This document shows, piece by piece, positions 9,608-19,171 of a DNA stretch of 64,000 nucleotides. Position 1 is the first letter of the stretch; each line of letters begins with the position of its first letter. The DNA is from Minisyncoccota bacterium (GTDB lineage Bacteria > Patescibacteriota > Minisyncoccia > Phycocordibacterales > Phycocordibacteraceae), in NCBI GenBank assembly GCA_018062445.1, contig JAGOSG010000002.1, positions 60,674-124,673 of the forward strand. The letters are read 5' to 3'. The notes beneath the pieces are model-generated. The model did not search any database and was not told the DNA's origin. It saw only the letters and a program-made list of their open reading frames with translations. The translations under genes were made by a program, and so were the position numbers.

Positions 9608-9722
9608 GCTGGGCTTTTGAAGCCAGCTTTCAGGTTTCAGGTGCCAGGTTTTAGCTTTAAATTAAAGCCTAGAATCTTAAATAAAAGCTGGAAGCTGAAA
9701 GCCGACAGCTGGAAGCTTTTAG
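9608..9722 (+). repeat. intergenic repeat family A, full-length copy (CCAGCTTTCAGGTTTCAGGTGCCAGG...GCTGAAAGCCGACAGCTGGAAGCT)
   Basis: Near-identical to the minus-strand copy at 26866-26946; shorter relatives at 39006-39043, 39661-39693, 24665-24701. Confidence 0.8.
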
Positions 9723-9741
9723 GGTATAGTGGAGAAAAACA

Positions 9742-10465
9742 TATGCAAAAAAACACGAAAAAAACAGTTAAGACTCCTAAGCAAAGCAATATAACGGTCA
9801 TTTCCCTCGGTGGCTCAATGGTGGTGCCAGACCTTCCAGACCCAGCCTTCGTAAAGGCGTTTGTAAAAATGATTGCAGAGAGGACTAAAAAAGGTCGCCG
9901 ATTCATCATCGTTGTAGGAGGAGGAAAAACCTGTCGTAACTACCAAAATGCCCTTGCCGAGGTGCGTCCTGTTTCTGACAATGAAAATGACTGGATGGGT
10001 ATCTACACCACACACTTCAACGCTGAGTTCATGCGCCTCGCTTTTGCTAAGCTCGCACACAAAGAAGTTGTTACAAAGTATGGAAAAAAGATTACATTCA
10101 AGACACCCGTCTTAATTGGCGCAGGAGAGTTGCCGGGTCACTCAACCGACTTTGATGCAGTACTTCTCGCAAAAATGTTTGGTGCAAAAAATGTGGTCAA
10201 CATCTCGAACATCGATTTTGTGTACACATCAGATCCTCGAAAGAATCCTGACGCTCGGCCACTGCCAAAACTTTCATGGAATGAATACTTGGCACTTCTT
10301 CCTAAAAAATGGACACCGGGCTTCTCTTCCCCGTTCGACGTCAAAGCATCAGCAATCGCTAAGAAATCAAAATTGACTGTGTCTATTGTGAACGGAAATT
10401 CACTGACCGAAATTGCAAAAGCCCTCGATGGAAAAAACTTCCGAGGAAGCACTATTTCCACATAG
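9742..10465 (+). CDS. pyrH: uridylate (UMP) kinase, archaeal-type
   Basis: From the internal Met at 9742: ...NITVISLGGSMVVPDLPDPAFVK..., IIVVGGGKTCRNY, GHSTDFDAVLLAKMFGAKNVVNISNIDFVYTSDPRKNPDA, ...GSTIST. Matches archaeal PyrH block for block. The upstream part of the ORF-track ORF (9530-9741) lies in a repeat element and is unlikely to be coding. Confidence 0.8.
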
Positions 10466-10915
10466 CTATTTACCTTTTGGAGGTCTCGAGCTTTTGGTTT
10501 CAGTAACCTTCTCTAAATCCCTACCATTCCACACTACACCTGAACCTACACCGTCTTCGTCAATCATATAAATACCTACATAACCATCTCTCCGCAGAGC
10601 CTTTTTGTTTACATCAGCAAGCTCAGGAAACGAGACTATTTTGAGCGGACCTTTTAGTTTCCATTCGCTTATATTTTCCCCATACCCTTCAGAAAAATTC
10701 CTATTTAAAGATATGTGTACACCATCACCATCCACGGGGAGCCACGCACCAGGGCGAAGTTTTTTTATGCCAACCTTAGGTGAGCCGTGATACCACCGTC
10801 GTCCCACGAAAGCGAGCTCCGCTGGCGGTATCTCCTTTGTCTCCTCACTCTTTCTTTCATTTAAAAATCTAGGTGTACCAAACTTCATATATTCTCTCTG
10901 GCTATGAAGGTCCAC
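10466..10915 (-). CDS. hypothetical protein (149 aa; RRWYHGSP motif)
   Basis: ORF overlaps the stop of the upstream small ORF (ATGA-type coupling) at the 3' end of the secD-secF operon; no family recognised; locally higher GC and Pro/Arg/Gly-rich. Confidence 0.4.
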   Translation of the reverse strand: MDLHSQREYMKFGTPRFLNERKSEETKEIPPAELAFVGRRWYHGSPKVGIKKLRPGAWLPVDGDGVHISLNRNFSEGYGENISEWKLKGPLKIVSFPELADVNKKALRRDGYVGIYMIDEDGVGSGVVWNGRDLEKVTETKSSRPPKGK

Positions 10916-11136
10916 TAACCTTCTATTTTCTCGATGAGAGACCTCAATGGACGCAGTCCATTTCTAGGTTTCCAACCACCGCACACTCCTGTTTGGAGGG
11001 CATCTGTGGGGCACGTACCACCGTGCACCTTTCTACGGCACTTACTGTCGCCCAAATTACGCCCACAGTTTGGAGGTTCCGGTCTATAGTCACCAGGTAC
11101 CAAAGGCTTAAGAGTTATGTAATCCTCTAATGACAT
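10915..11136 (-). CDS. hypothetical small Cys-rich protein (73 aa, 4-6 Cys; possible zinc ribbon)
   Basis: CGRNLGDSKC...HGGTCP...GVCGGW; translationally coupled to the downstream 149-aa ORF. Confidence 0.3.
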   Translation of the reverse strand: MSLEDYITLKPLVPGDYRPEPPNCGRNLGDSKCRRKVHGGTCPTDALQTGVCGGWKPRNGLRPLRSLIEKIEG

Positions 11137-11145
11137 TTCTTAAAA

Positions 11146-12081
11146 TTATTTTTTCCCTTTCTTCAGCTCCTCTTCCTTTGGTTTCTGCATTTTTTCAAGC
11201 GTTACCAAGAGTGGCGAACCAATGAATACTGACGAGTAGGTTCCTGTTACCACACCTATAAGAAGTGCGATGACGAAGAAATGCACTGAGACGGGCCCAA
11301 GGAGAAGGAGTGCTACAAGCACCAAAACTACTGTAAGTGAGGTGTTGAGAGAGCGATTCAGAGTCTCTGCAATAGATTTCCCTACCGTATCTTCAAATGC
11401 TTCTTTCATATTTTTCTCCTGATTCTTCCTCAAGTTTTCACGCACACGGTCAAACACAACGATGGTGTCGTGAACGGAGAAACCTAATACCACTAAGATG
11501 GCCGTAACAAACAGCGTATCTACCTCAGCTCCAAAGAAATGCCCGAGTATTGAGAATACGCCAATAGGAATAATGACATCATGCGCCAACGCTACGAGCG
11601 CAACAAGTCCGTACTTCCAGCTTGAGACAGGTTTCGAGACTTTTCGAAATGCAAACATAATGAAAAGCGCGATAGCCAAAAGAACGAGTGCGAGTGCGTA
11701 TATCGACTTAGTCTTGAGTTCAGAGCCGATGGTAGGACCAATGGAGTCAAAACGTTTTTGATCGTACTGCCATGCCCCTCCCTTCGTGAGTCCTACCTTC
11801 AAAGAATCGTACTCTGCTGGAGTAAGAAATGGAGTACGGATAAGATACCCTGTCTCCCCTGTGGGACGAATTGATGAACCAACAACCCCAGAATCGAGTA
11901 CCGCTTGTGCAATGTCATCCGTCGAAGGCGCTGGTGTGCTGGTGTAGGAAACCTCAAGCAAGGAACCGCCATTGAAATCAATACCGAATTTCAAACCCCA
12001 AAACAACATCGAGGCAATCGAGATGACAATAATCGCCACTGAGAATGAGTAAAACAGTTTTCTATTTTTTACAATAAACAT
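11146..12081 (-). CDS. secF: protein-export membrane protein SecF
   Basis: 311 aa; GIDFNGGS signature, multiple TM helices, directly follows secD. Confidence 0.85.
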   Translation of the reverse strand: MFIVKNRKLFYSFSVAIIVISIASMLFWGLKFGIDFNGGSLLEVSYTSTPAPSTDDIAQAVLDSGVVGSSIRPTGETGYLIRTPFLTPAEYDSLKVGLTKGGAWQYDQKRFDSIGPTIGSELKTKSIYALALVLLAIALFIMFAFRKVSKPVSSWKYGLVALVALAHDVIIPIGVFSILGHFFGAEVDTLFVTAILVVLGFSVHDTIVVFDRVRENLRKNQEKNMKEAFEDTVGKSIAETLNRSLNTSLTVVLVLVALLLLGPVSVHFFVIALLIGVVTGTYSSVFIGSPLLVTLEKMQKPKEEELKKGKK

Positions 12082-12082
12082 A

Positions 12083-13456
12083 CTATTTTCCTAAGCCATT
12101 ACCGAATAAGAAATGTGCTGCCTTTGAGGTAGACTTGCCAAATCCAAGGGCAAGCAACAATGTTCTCGTTACCGTAACAGCAGTAAACATTGAAACGAGG
12201 ACACCAATGATGAACACGAGCGCGAAACCTTTAATCACCGCAGTGCCACCAAGCCAGAACAAAATAACGCCAGTGATGATTGATGAGAGGTTTGAATCGC
12301 TGATCGATGACCACGCACGCCTGAATCCTTCCCGTATTGCTTCACCGAGAACCTTCCCACTCTTCAGCTCTTCTTTCATTCTTTCAAAAATAAGAATATT
12401 GGCATCAACTGCCATACCAATAGAGAGAATGAATGCAGCGAGGCCTGCGGTTGTAAGTGTTACTGGAATGAGCTTAAAGATAGCGAGGTTCAAGGCAACA
12501 TAGAGTGACAGTGCAACGACTGCAATAACCCCAGGAAGTCGGTACCAAAGAATGAGGAAAAGCGCGACGAGCCCAAAGCCCCAGAGGCCTGCATCCACAC
12601 TTTGCGTTAGCGCCTTCTCACCGAGCGATGCGCCAATAGTCTGAGAAGACACGAGCTCAATTGGCACTGGCAGGGCTCCGAAGTTTAGATTGCGGACCAA
12701 TTCACGAGCCTCATCTGGAGTAAAGGTACCTGTAATATTTGCCTCTCCGTTTGGAATAGCTTCTTGAATGACTGGCGCTGAAATAATTACATCGTCGAGA
12801 AATATGGCGAGTACCTTACCAACATTTTCTGATGTAATGTCCTTGAAACGCTTAGCCCCTTCAGGATTGAAGGTTAATACAATAATTGGCTGATTGGAGA
12901 GTGTGCCTTCGCGACCTGACGAAAAATCAAGCGTTGCGTGATCAAGATACTGACCCGTAAGTCCCATATCTTCATAAATTTGAGCGCCTGCTTCATCGGT
13001 CTTCTGGAGGCGAAAATCGAGCGTTGGAGTTTGACCTATTGCTTTCACTGCCTCCGATAAATCAGTGACGCCCGGAAGTTCAACAATCAATCTATTGTCT
13101 CCACCACCGACAACACCCCCACGCTCTACCTGCACTAATGGTTCCGACACTCCAAAAATATTCACTCGCTTCTCAACAACATCACGCAAACTCTGCATTG
13201 CAGAATTTACATCACCAGAAACAACTTTTGATGTGTCGGCCCTATATAAAAGATGTGATCCGCCAGCCAAATCAAGACCGTAGCGAAATGGGAATTTTTG
13301 ACCCGCCTGCTCCGAGCTAACTACAAACCAACCAATACCCGCACCAATCAAAAGGAGGACAACTGCGACAATTCGTACTTTCCACATAATGCTCAGAGTA
13401 TGCCACGAGTAGCGTTTAGGGGCTAGGGGTGAGCGTTTAGAGAGGAAAACAGGCAA
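12083..13456 (-). CDS. secD: protein-export membrane protein SecD (true start probably the MWKVRIVAV Met near 13387)
   Basis: LDLAGGSHLLY signature and a periplasmic domain followed by 6 TM helices. Confidence 0.85.
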   Translation of the reverse strand: MPVFLSKRSPLAPKRYSWHTLSIMWKVRIVAVVLLLIGAGIGWFVVSSEQAGQKFPFRYGLDLAGGSHLLYRADTSKVVSGDVNSAMQSLRDVVEKRVNIFGVSEPLVQVERGGVVGGGDNRLIVELPGVTDLSEAVKAIGQTPTLDFRLQKTDEAGAQIYEDMGLTGQYLDHATLDFSSGREGTLSNQPIIVLTFNPEGAKRFKDITSENVGKVLAIFLDDVIISAPVIQEAIPNGEANITGTFTPDEARELVRNLNFGALPVPIELVSSQTIGASLGEKALTQSVDAGLWGFGLVALFLILWYRLPGVIAVVALSLYVALNLAIFKLIPVTLTTAGLAAFILSIGMAVDANILIFERMKEELKSGKVLGEAIREGFRRAWSSISDSNLSSIITGVILFWLGGTAVIKGFALVFIIGVLVSMFTAVTVTRTLLLALGFGKSTSKAAHFLFGNGLGK

Positions 13457-13501
13457 TACGTGCTAAACCCGGGTTTAGCACAAGCTGTATACATCAAAGA
13501 A

Positions 13502-14326
13502 TTAGACGACCTTTTTAAGGGCAAGGAGATTTGTGAAAATTTCAACTACTGCAATAGGGCCAACACCTCCAGGAACTGGCGTAAAGACGGAAGCTTTCTC
13601 GGCGCACGCTGGGTCAGCGTCCCCCACTACCATTCCACCTGATTCACTTGTCCCGCCATCAATAATGACGACGCCTTCTTTAATCATATCTGTCTTCAAG
13701 AGCGCGGGAACACCTGCACCAGAAATAATAATGTCGGCATTTCTCGTTGCCGACGCAACATCGTCACCTTTTATAAGAGTGCGAACATTTGCACCAAGTC
13801 TTTCAAACAACACTCCTGCTGGTTTTCCTACCAATCTCCCTCCACCTATCAAAACCATGTTCGCTCCTTTTATCTCTACATTGTTTCGCTTCATGATGTA
13901 CCACATGGCGGCAGGCACTGGAGGAATGGCTGGAAAATTATTCTGCGCAAAAAGTTCAAACGCAGGGTCACTCAAGACATCAACATCGAGCATTTTAGGA
14001 ATGGCATTTTTTGCTATATCAACATCAATACCTGAAGGTAATGGGAGCTGAAGAATAACGCCATCATGCTTCCCCGCCTGCCTTGTTGCTTCCATTATCT
14101 CCTCAAGCGTTGCAGTCTCAGGAAGACGATACTCTTCTACGTGAATACCCAAATCCGTGGCGGCACGTTTTTTAATACCAACATACGACTGAGTCACTGG
14201 ACTTGTTGTCGCAATAACGACCCCTAAAGAAAGTGCGCCAAATTTTTGGCGTTCGATTTTCAGTTCTTCTTTCCGTTCTGCTGCAAGTTTGCGACCGTCA
14301 ATTATCATGCTGGAATCATAACTCAA
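13502..14326 (-). CDS. folD: bifunctional methylenetetrahydrofolate dehydrogenase / cyclohydrolase FolD
   Basis: 274 aa; ...VILQLPLP..., GGGRLVGKP, PVPGGVGPIAV. Confidence 0.85.
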   Translation of the reverse strand: MSYDSSMIIDGRKLAAERKEELKIERQKFGALSLGVVIATTSPVTQSYVGIKKRAATDLGIHVEEYRLPETATLEEIMEATRQAGKHDGVILQLPLPSGIDVDIAKNAIPKMLDVDVLSDPAFELFAQNNFPAIPPVPAAMWYIMKRNNVEIKGANMVLIGGGRLVGKPAGVLFERLGANVRTLIKGDDVASATRNADIIISGAGVPALLKTDMIKEGVVIIDGGTSESGGMVVGDADPACAEKASVFTPVPGGVGPIAVVEIFTNLLALKKVV

Positions 14327-14399
14327 AAAGAAATAATTCTATAGCGACAAATCATACAAAATAAAGAACTGAGCACGCTCAGTTCTTTCAAATAAAAAA

Positions 14400-15311
14400 T
14401 TAAACTCCAAACAATTTCTTCAATTCAGCCACCCCCTCCTCAAGAGATACTTCGGGTGTCCAATTCAGAAACTCCTTCGCCCGAGTGATATCCGCTCTCG
14501 TGTGGCGGGGTTCTAGTCGAGGCTCAATATGTACAGTGGTTCCCCCAATTAATTCTGCAAGGGCATTCACAGACACTTCCTGTCCTCGTCCTAAGTTTAT
14601 TACTTCCCCTTTTCCTACATGCTCGCTTCTCGCGGCAAGTATCATACCGCGGACGATATCCTGCACATGGGTGAAATCCCGAGTCTGTTGCCCATCTCCG
14701 GTAATCGTGAGTGGAACCCCATCTTTCTTTTGTTTCAAAAACTTACCTATCACGAGTGCATATGCACCCTCAGGATCAAGTCGGGACCCATATACATTGA
14801 AAAACCGCAATGACACCGTGGAAAGCCCATACACTTCACTAAAAACCCGACAGTACAACTCGCCAACATATTTTTGAAGCGCATAGGGGCTCAGTGGTTG
14901 TGGTGGCACATCTTCGGAAAGCGGTAGAGTTTCTTGATTGCCGTATGCGGAACTTGAAGCTGCATATACAACACGCTTTACTCCAGCATCTTTTGAAGCT
15001 TTTAAAACTGCCAAGGTACCCCCAACATTCACTGAGTTGGTCTCTTCAGGATACTCAATTGAATACTGCACCCGTGGAAGAGCTGCGAGATGAAAGACGA
15101 ATTCACTACCTGCAATAATTGGAGCTATCGCCTTGGAATCGCGTACATCTACAACATGCAATGTTGCGTCTTTATGTACATTGTCTCGCTTTCCCCCAGA
15201 TAGGTCGTCTATGACGGACACAGCAAATCCCTCCTTAATAAGCGCATCAACCACATGGGACCCAACAAACCCAGCGCCACCAGTTACAACCGCTTTCTTT
15301 GTACTGCTCAT
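14400..15311 (-). CDS. NAD-dependent epimerase/dehydratase (UDP-glucose 4-epimerase-like SDR)
   Basis: VVTGGAGFVGSH Rossmann motif, YALQK (YxxxK) catalytic motif, 303 aa. Confidence 0.8.
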   Translation of the reverse strand: MSSTKKAVVTGGAGFVGSHVVDALIKEGFAVSVIDDLSGGKRDNVHKDATLHVVDVRDSKAIAPIIAGSEFVFHLAALPRVQYSIEYPEETNSVNVGGTLAVLKASKDAGVKRVVYAASSSAYGNQETLPLSEDVPPQPLSPYALQKYVGELYCRVFSEVYGLSTVSLRFFNVYGSRLDPEGAYALVIGKFLKQKKDGVPLTITGDGQQTRDFTHVQDIVRGMILAARSEHVGKGEVINLGRGQEVSVNALAELIGGTTVHIEPRLEPRHTRADITRAKEFLNWTPEVSLEEGVAELKKLFGV

Positions 15312-15451
15312 AGTGATTCAGTTTACCTTGTTACATACTGCTTAACAATTTACTAACTCTTTAAAATTAAGAATGGTTTCCAAGGCGTTTTATACGATAT
15401 AAAAAAATATCTAACAAAGCAGACCCTGCTCGTGTAACAGAAAAAAATCAG

Positions 15452-16921
15452 CTAGCGACTAGCCCGCGAAACGAGAATCTTAATAGTGCGCAGAACTATC
15501 TCCATATCAAGTGCAAACGAGCGATGCTTGAAATAATACAAATCGTAGGACAGTTTTTGCTTTGTTGCCTCAACATCAAGCTTAAACTTTGGCGGAGACG
15601 CGTGCTTTATTTGTGCCCACCCAGAAATACCCGGCTGTATGAGATGCCTAGTTTCATAATATGGGATTACCCGTGCATATTCAGTAACAAAATGAGGTAT
15701 CTCAGGGCGTGGTCCGATTAATGCAATATCTCCTCGAAGCACATTCCAGAATTGCGGTATCTCATCAATTTGAGTTCGTCGCAAAAACGCACCTAAGCGT
15801 GTGACACGATTATGCTTCTTTTTTTCTGGATCTTCTCCGTCGTCAAACAGCATCGTACGAAATTTAATGATTGAAATTATACGGTTACCTTTCCCAATGC
15901 GTTTCTGGAAAATAAAAGGCTTCCTTCCTTCTCCAACGGCGAGCAGGAGCGCGATAATTAACATGAGTGGCAATAAACATATGAGTGCACATAAAGCAAG
16001 AATGATGTCAGTCACTCTCTTAAGAACATCATAGAGCGCCGTTGGAGTTCGAGCACGGGCACCTAAAAACCAGCGAGTATCAAGCGATGCCAGTGCGACC
16101 GAATCAAATAAATCTTCATATAGATTCGGAAGATCAATGAAGATAGCACTTGAGAGCATGAGCGCGTCCCACTCCTTTGAAAAACTTTGGTCTCGAAGAT
16201 ACCCAAATGGCATAACGACAATAGATACACCTGTCTCTTTAAGATGTGAAAGAATAGTTTTCTGAATTTCCTCTACAGAGCGCCCCCCCATGTCGACATG
16301 CGCAACAAACCGCATGGCGTAGCGTGTGTTGCCATTTACTTCCCTCATAACATCTTCAGCCTCCTTTCCTTCGCCTACTAACAATGCTGGAGCAGGTTTC
16401 ACCACAGACAGAAATGGGAAAAGATATAAACGCCAGGCAGAAACGAATATCGTGGAAAGGATAAGGTAGATAACAAGATTCGTTTTAGGTTGAATGCCGA
16501 AATACGGCACCAAGAAAAAAAATATTGCTGCAAGCGCAATATTCGCCACTTGCGCATAAAACACCATTTCAGGAAGCTTCGATTTTACAAGGAGTGTATG
16601 TTTCTCATAGAGACCCGCGATAAGAAAAACGAGTACTGAAAAAAGAAAAAGAAACGAAAAAGGCACGAAGTGAGTATATACAGTATGCGAATCTGGAAAA
16701 GCCGAATAGCGTAAAAGAAGCGTCGCCCATAGAGAAAAAGCGAGAAAACATAGGTCTCCAATTAGAAGTATGAACGCCTCCCGACGAAGATTTAAAAACA
16801 TTTGATGAGAGAATAGTACATGAGAAATAGGGAGCCACAAAACGCTCATTCCTCTGATACCCTGTACTACAGCCATTGGTTCCAAGAGAAACATGAAAAA
16901 AAAGATACTTTTTATCATCAC
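15452..16921 (-). CDS. polyprenyl glycosylphosphotransferase (bacterial sugar transferase, WbaP/EpsB-like)
   Basis: Several N-terminal TM helices; C-terminal FIFQKRIGKGNRIISIIKFRTM...DEIPQFWNVLRGDIALIGPRPE sugar-transferase domain. Confidence 0.8.
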   Translation of the reverse strand: MMIKSIFFFMFLLEPMAVVQGIRGMSVLWLPISHVLFSHQMFLNLRREAFILLIGDLCFLAFSLWATLLLRYSAFPDSHTVYTHFVPFSFLFLFSVLVFLIAGLYEKHTLLVKSKLPEMVFYAQVANIALAAIFFFLVPYFGIQPKTNLVIYLILSTIFVSAWRLYLFPFLSVVKPAPALLVGEGKEAEDVMREVNGNTRYAMRFVAHVDMGGRSVEEIQKTILSHLKETGVSIVVMPFGYLRDQSFSKEWDALMLSSAIFIDLPNLYEDLFDSVALASLDTRWFLGARARTPTALYDVLKRVTDIILALCALICLLPLMLIIALLLAVGEGRKPFIFQKRIGKGNRIISIIKFRTMLFDDGEDPEKKKHNRVTRLGAFLRRTQIDEIPQFWNVLRGDIALIGPRPEIPHFVTEYARVIPYYETRHLIQPGISGWAQIKHASPPKFKLDVEATKQKLSYDLYYFKHRSFALDMEIVLRTIKILVSRASR

Positions 16922-18059
16922 GAAATCAAACTGGGGAGGCGCTCAGCGCTATGTGTTTGACCTTGCTGTATCACTTTCATCTTCCTATGAGTGCACCGTT
17001 GCTCTCGGGGGGAACGGTCTACTTCGCACAAAACTTGAAGCAGCAGGAATAGAAACGATCTCTATTCCGTCACTCGAGCGAGATATTTCGATACAAAAAG
17101 AATTCGCAACCTTCTTTTTTTTAATGAAGCTTTTGCAAAAAGAATCATATGCCATCGTGCATCTCAACAGCTCAAAGGCAGGGGGCTTAGGTGCGCTCGC
17201 CGCCAGACTCTCTCATGTCCCTCGAATAATTTTCACTGCCCATGGTTGGCCATTTAACGAACCGCGAGGTCTTCTCTCTCGTGGAGCAATGCATATAGCC
17301 AGCTCCATTACTGCCTTCTTGAGTGACGCGGTCATTACCGTCTCCCAAAAAGACTACGCGCAAGGAATTCGAATGCCAGGAATGCGAAAAAAGATTTTCT
17401 ATATTCCACTTGGCATCGACACCCTTCCCACCGCATACCAGTCTGAAGATGAGGCGCGAGAATTTCTTCTTCAAACTCCTGCATTTGCACAATTTCACAA
17501 CGGACAAGAAAAAAGGCTCACCATGCTCGGCGCACACCGCATCATTGGCACTATAGGCGAACTCACTAAAAACAAAGGTATTGAATATGGGATACAAGCG
17601 ATTGCGGTACTCAATAAGAAAACACAGCAAAAAAGTCACTTCTACATCCTTATCGGAGATGGGGAAGAAAAGACGAAGCTCGAGAATACTGCAAAAAATC
17701 TTGGTGTTGCCGATCAAATATTTTTTATTGGTTTTATCCCAGATGCATGGAAATACCTTCACGCCTTCGACTGTTTCTTACTCCCTTCCCTCAAAGAAGG
17801 TCTGCCCTATGTCGCCCTAGAAGCTATCCGAGCAACATGCCCGATTGTTGCAACCTCTGTTGGAGGCATCCCTGACGTTATGCGCACATACCCTAAGGGT
17901 ATGCTTGTTCCGCCAAAAAATCCTGGAGAAATCGCTCGAGCAATTCTTGCACTCAGCACTACTGAGAATACAAACGAAACATCGAGCGAAAAAAACACCC
18001 TGGTGACGATGCTTATCGAAACAAAAAAAGTTTACGAACCAATACCTACCACCTCGTAG
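16893..18059 (+). CDS. glycosyltransferase family 4 (GT-B, group 1)
   Basis: 388 aa; EGLPYVALEAIRATCPIVATSVGGIPDV (E-x7-E GT4 motif). Confidence 0.8.
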   Translation: MKKKILFIITKSNWGGAQRYVFDLAVSLSSSYECTVALGGNGLLRTKLEAAGIETISIPSLERDISIQKEFATFFFLMKLLQKESYAIVHLNSSKAGGLGALAARLSHVPRIIFTAHGWPFNEPRGLLSRGAMHIASSITAFLSDAVITVSQKDYAQGIRMPGMRKKIFYIPLGIDTLPTAYQSEDEAREFLLQTPAFAQFHNGQEKRLTMLGAHRIIGTIGELTKNKGIEYGIQAIAVLNKKTQQKSHFYILIGDGEEKTKLENTAKNLGVADQIFFIGFIPDAWKYLHAFDCFLLPSLKEGLPYVALEAIRATCPIVATSVGGIPDVMRTYPKGMLVPPKNPGEIARAILALSTTENTNETSSEKNTLVTMLIETKKVYEPIPTTS

Positions 18060-19171
18060 CGCGCATCTTCGTGCACCTCTCGCCCATACTGTCGCATGGC
18101 GTTCACAATTCCCAAAAGTGCGTAACTCGTAATAATGTGAGAACCGCCATAGCTCATAAATGGAAGAGGAACTCCCGTCACTGGCATTATTCCTACATTC
18201 ATTCCGATGTGTATTATTGCGTGTATTCCAAAGAGTGATGCCACACCCAGCATAAAAAATGTTTCAAAATTAGTCGCACCTTTCTTTGCGTTATCAATCA
18301 ACCGATAAAATAAAAGTCCGAAAAGGCCAAGTAAAATAAGCGTCCCAATCAAACCCCACTCTTCAGCAAATGCTGCAAAAATAAAGTCGGTTTGATTTTC
18401 AGGCAGGAACTGAAGCCTCGATTGTGTTCCGTAGCCGATTCCCTTTCCTAGGATGCCACCAGAACCAACTGCAACAGTCGATTGAAATGCGTTATACCCT
18501 GCACCAGAAATATCAGCCAAAGGGTGCACGAAAGTCATAATTCGTGCCTTCTGGTATGGCGCAAACGCAAAAATCCAAAGAAGCGAGACTATTGCCACAC
18601 CCCCTCCAGCCAAGAGGAGGAGATGTCGAACAGGAATACCTGCGAGCAAGACCATCGCCATCCACAAGCCTGCCACAATGACCGCTGAACCAAAATCGGG
18701 CTGTAAAAACAACAGTACAAATATAAAAAAAGTATACGCACCCGAAACGAGAATATGCCGAATCTGTGCAATTTCAATATGCCGACGAGAAAAATACTTT
18801 GCTAGAACAAGAATGAGCGCAAACTTCGCAGGATCAACTGGTTGCACCGCAAACGCTCCAAGATTGAACCAACTCTGCGCACCTTTAAACACAGAACCTA
18901 CCGCAAAGAGAAGTCCGAGAAAGAAAATAGCAATCGCATATATGAACACCACAACACCCGTACGGCGCAGAAATCGAAAATCAACTGCGCTTGCTAGGAA
19001 AAAAACTCCCACTCCAAGCAGCAACCAGATAATTTGGTGCGATGCATATTGGTTCTCCGTGCCGAACCCAAACATACTTGCAAGTCCTGCAAGCGAAATG
19101 AGTACTGCACTCCCGAGCAATAACCAATCGACACGACGAAAAAATGACATCATTATCTTTTTACCTAACAA
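18032..19171 (-). CDS. SEDS-family cell-wall polymerase (FtsW/RodA)
   Basis: 379 aa; 10 TM helices; ...VPLPFMSYGGSHII... signature. Confidence 0.8.
   Translation of the reverse strand: MLGKKIMMSFFRRVDWLLLGSAVLISLAGLASMFGFGTENQYASHQIIWLLLGVGVFFLASAVDFRFLRRTGVVVFIYAIAIFFLGLLFAVGSVFKGAQSWFNLGAFAVQPVDPAKFALILVLAKYFSRRHIEIAQIRHILVSGAYTFFIFVLLFLQPDFGSAVIVAGLWMAMVLLAGIPVRHLLLLAGGGVAIVSLLWIFAFAPYQKARIMTFVHPLADISGAGYNAFQSTVAVGSGGILGKGIGYGTQSRLQFLPENQTDFIFAAFAEEWGLIGTLILLGLFGLLFYRLIDNAKKGATNFETFFMLGVASLFGIHAIIHIGMNVGIMPVTGVPLPFMSYGGSHIITSYALLGIVNAMRQYGREVHEDARYEVVGIGS

Noticed and set aside
9530-9741. N-terminal 70 codons of ORF 9530-10465 as part of pyrH
   Set aside because: This stretch is the family-A repeat element and translates to low-complexity sequence; homology to archaeal UMP kinase begins after the Met at 9742.
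13533-14051. Antisense/overlapping ORFs inside well-supported genes (e.g. 13533-14051 in folD, 28966-30600 set in the surface-protein gene, 35811-36359 in ftsK, 36968-37417 in recA, 42080-42865 in metG)
   Set aside because: The opposite strand carries a conserved, motif-bearing gene; these ORFs show low-complexity or compositionally biased translations.
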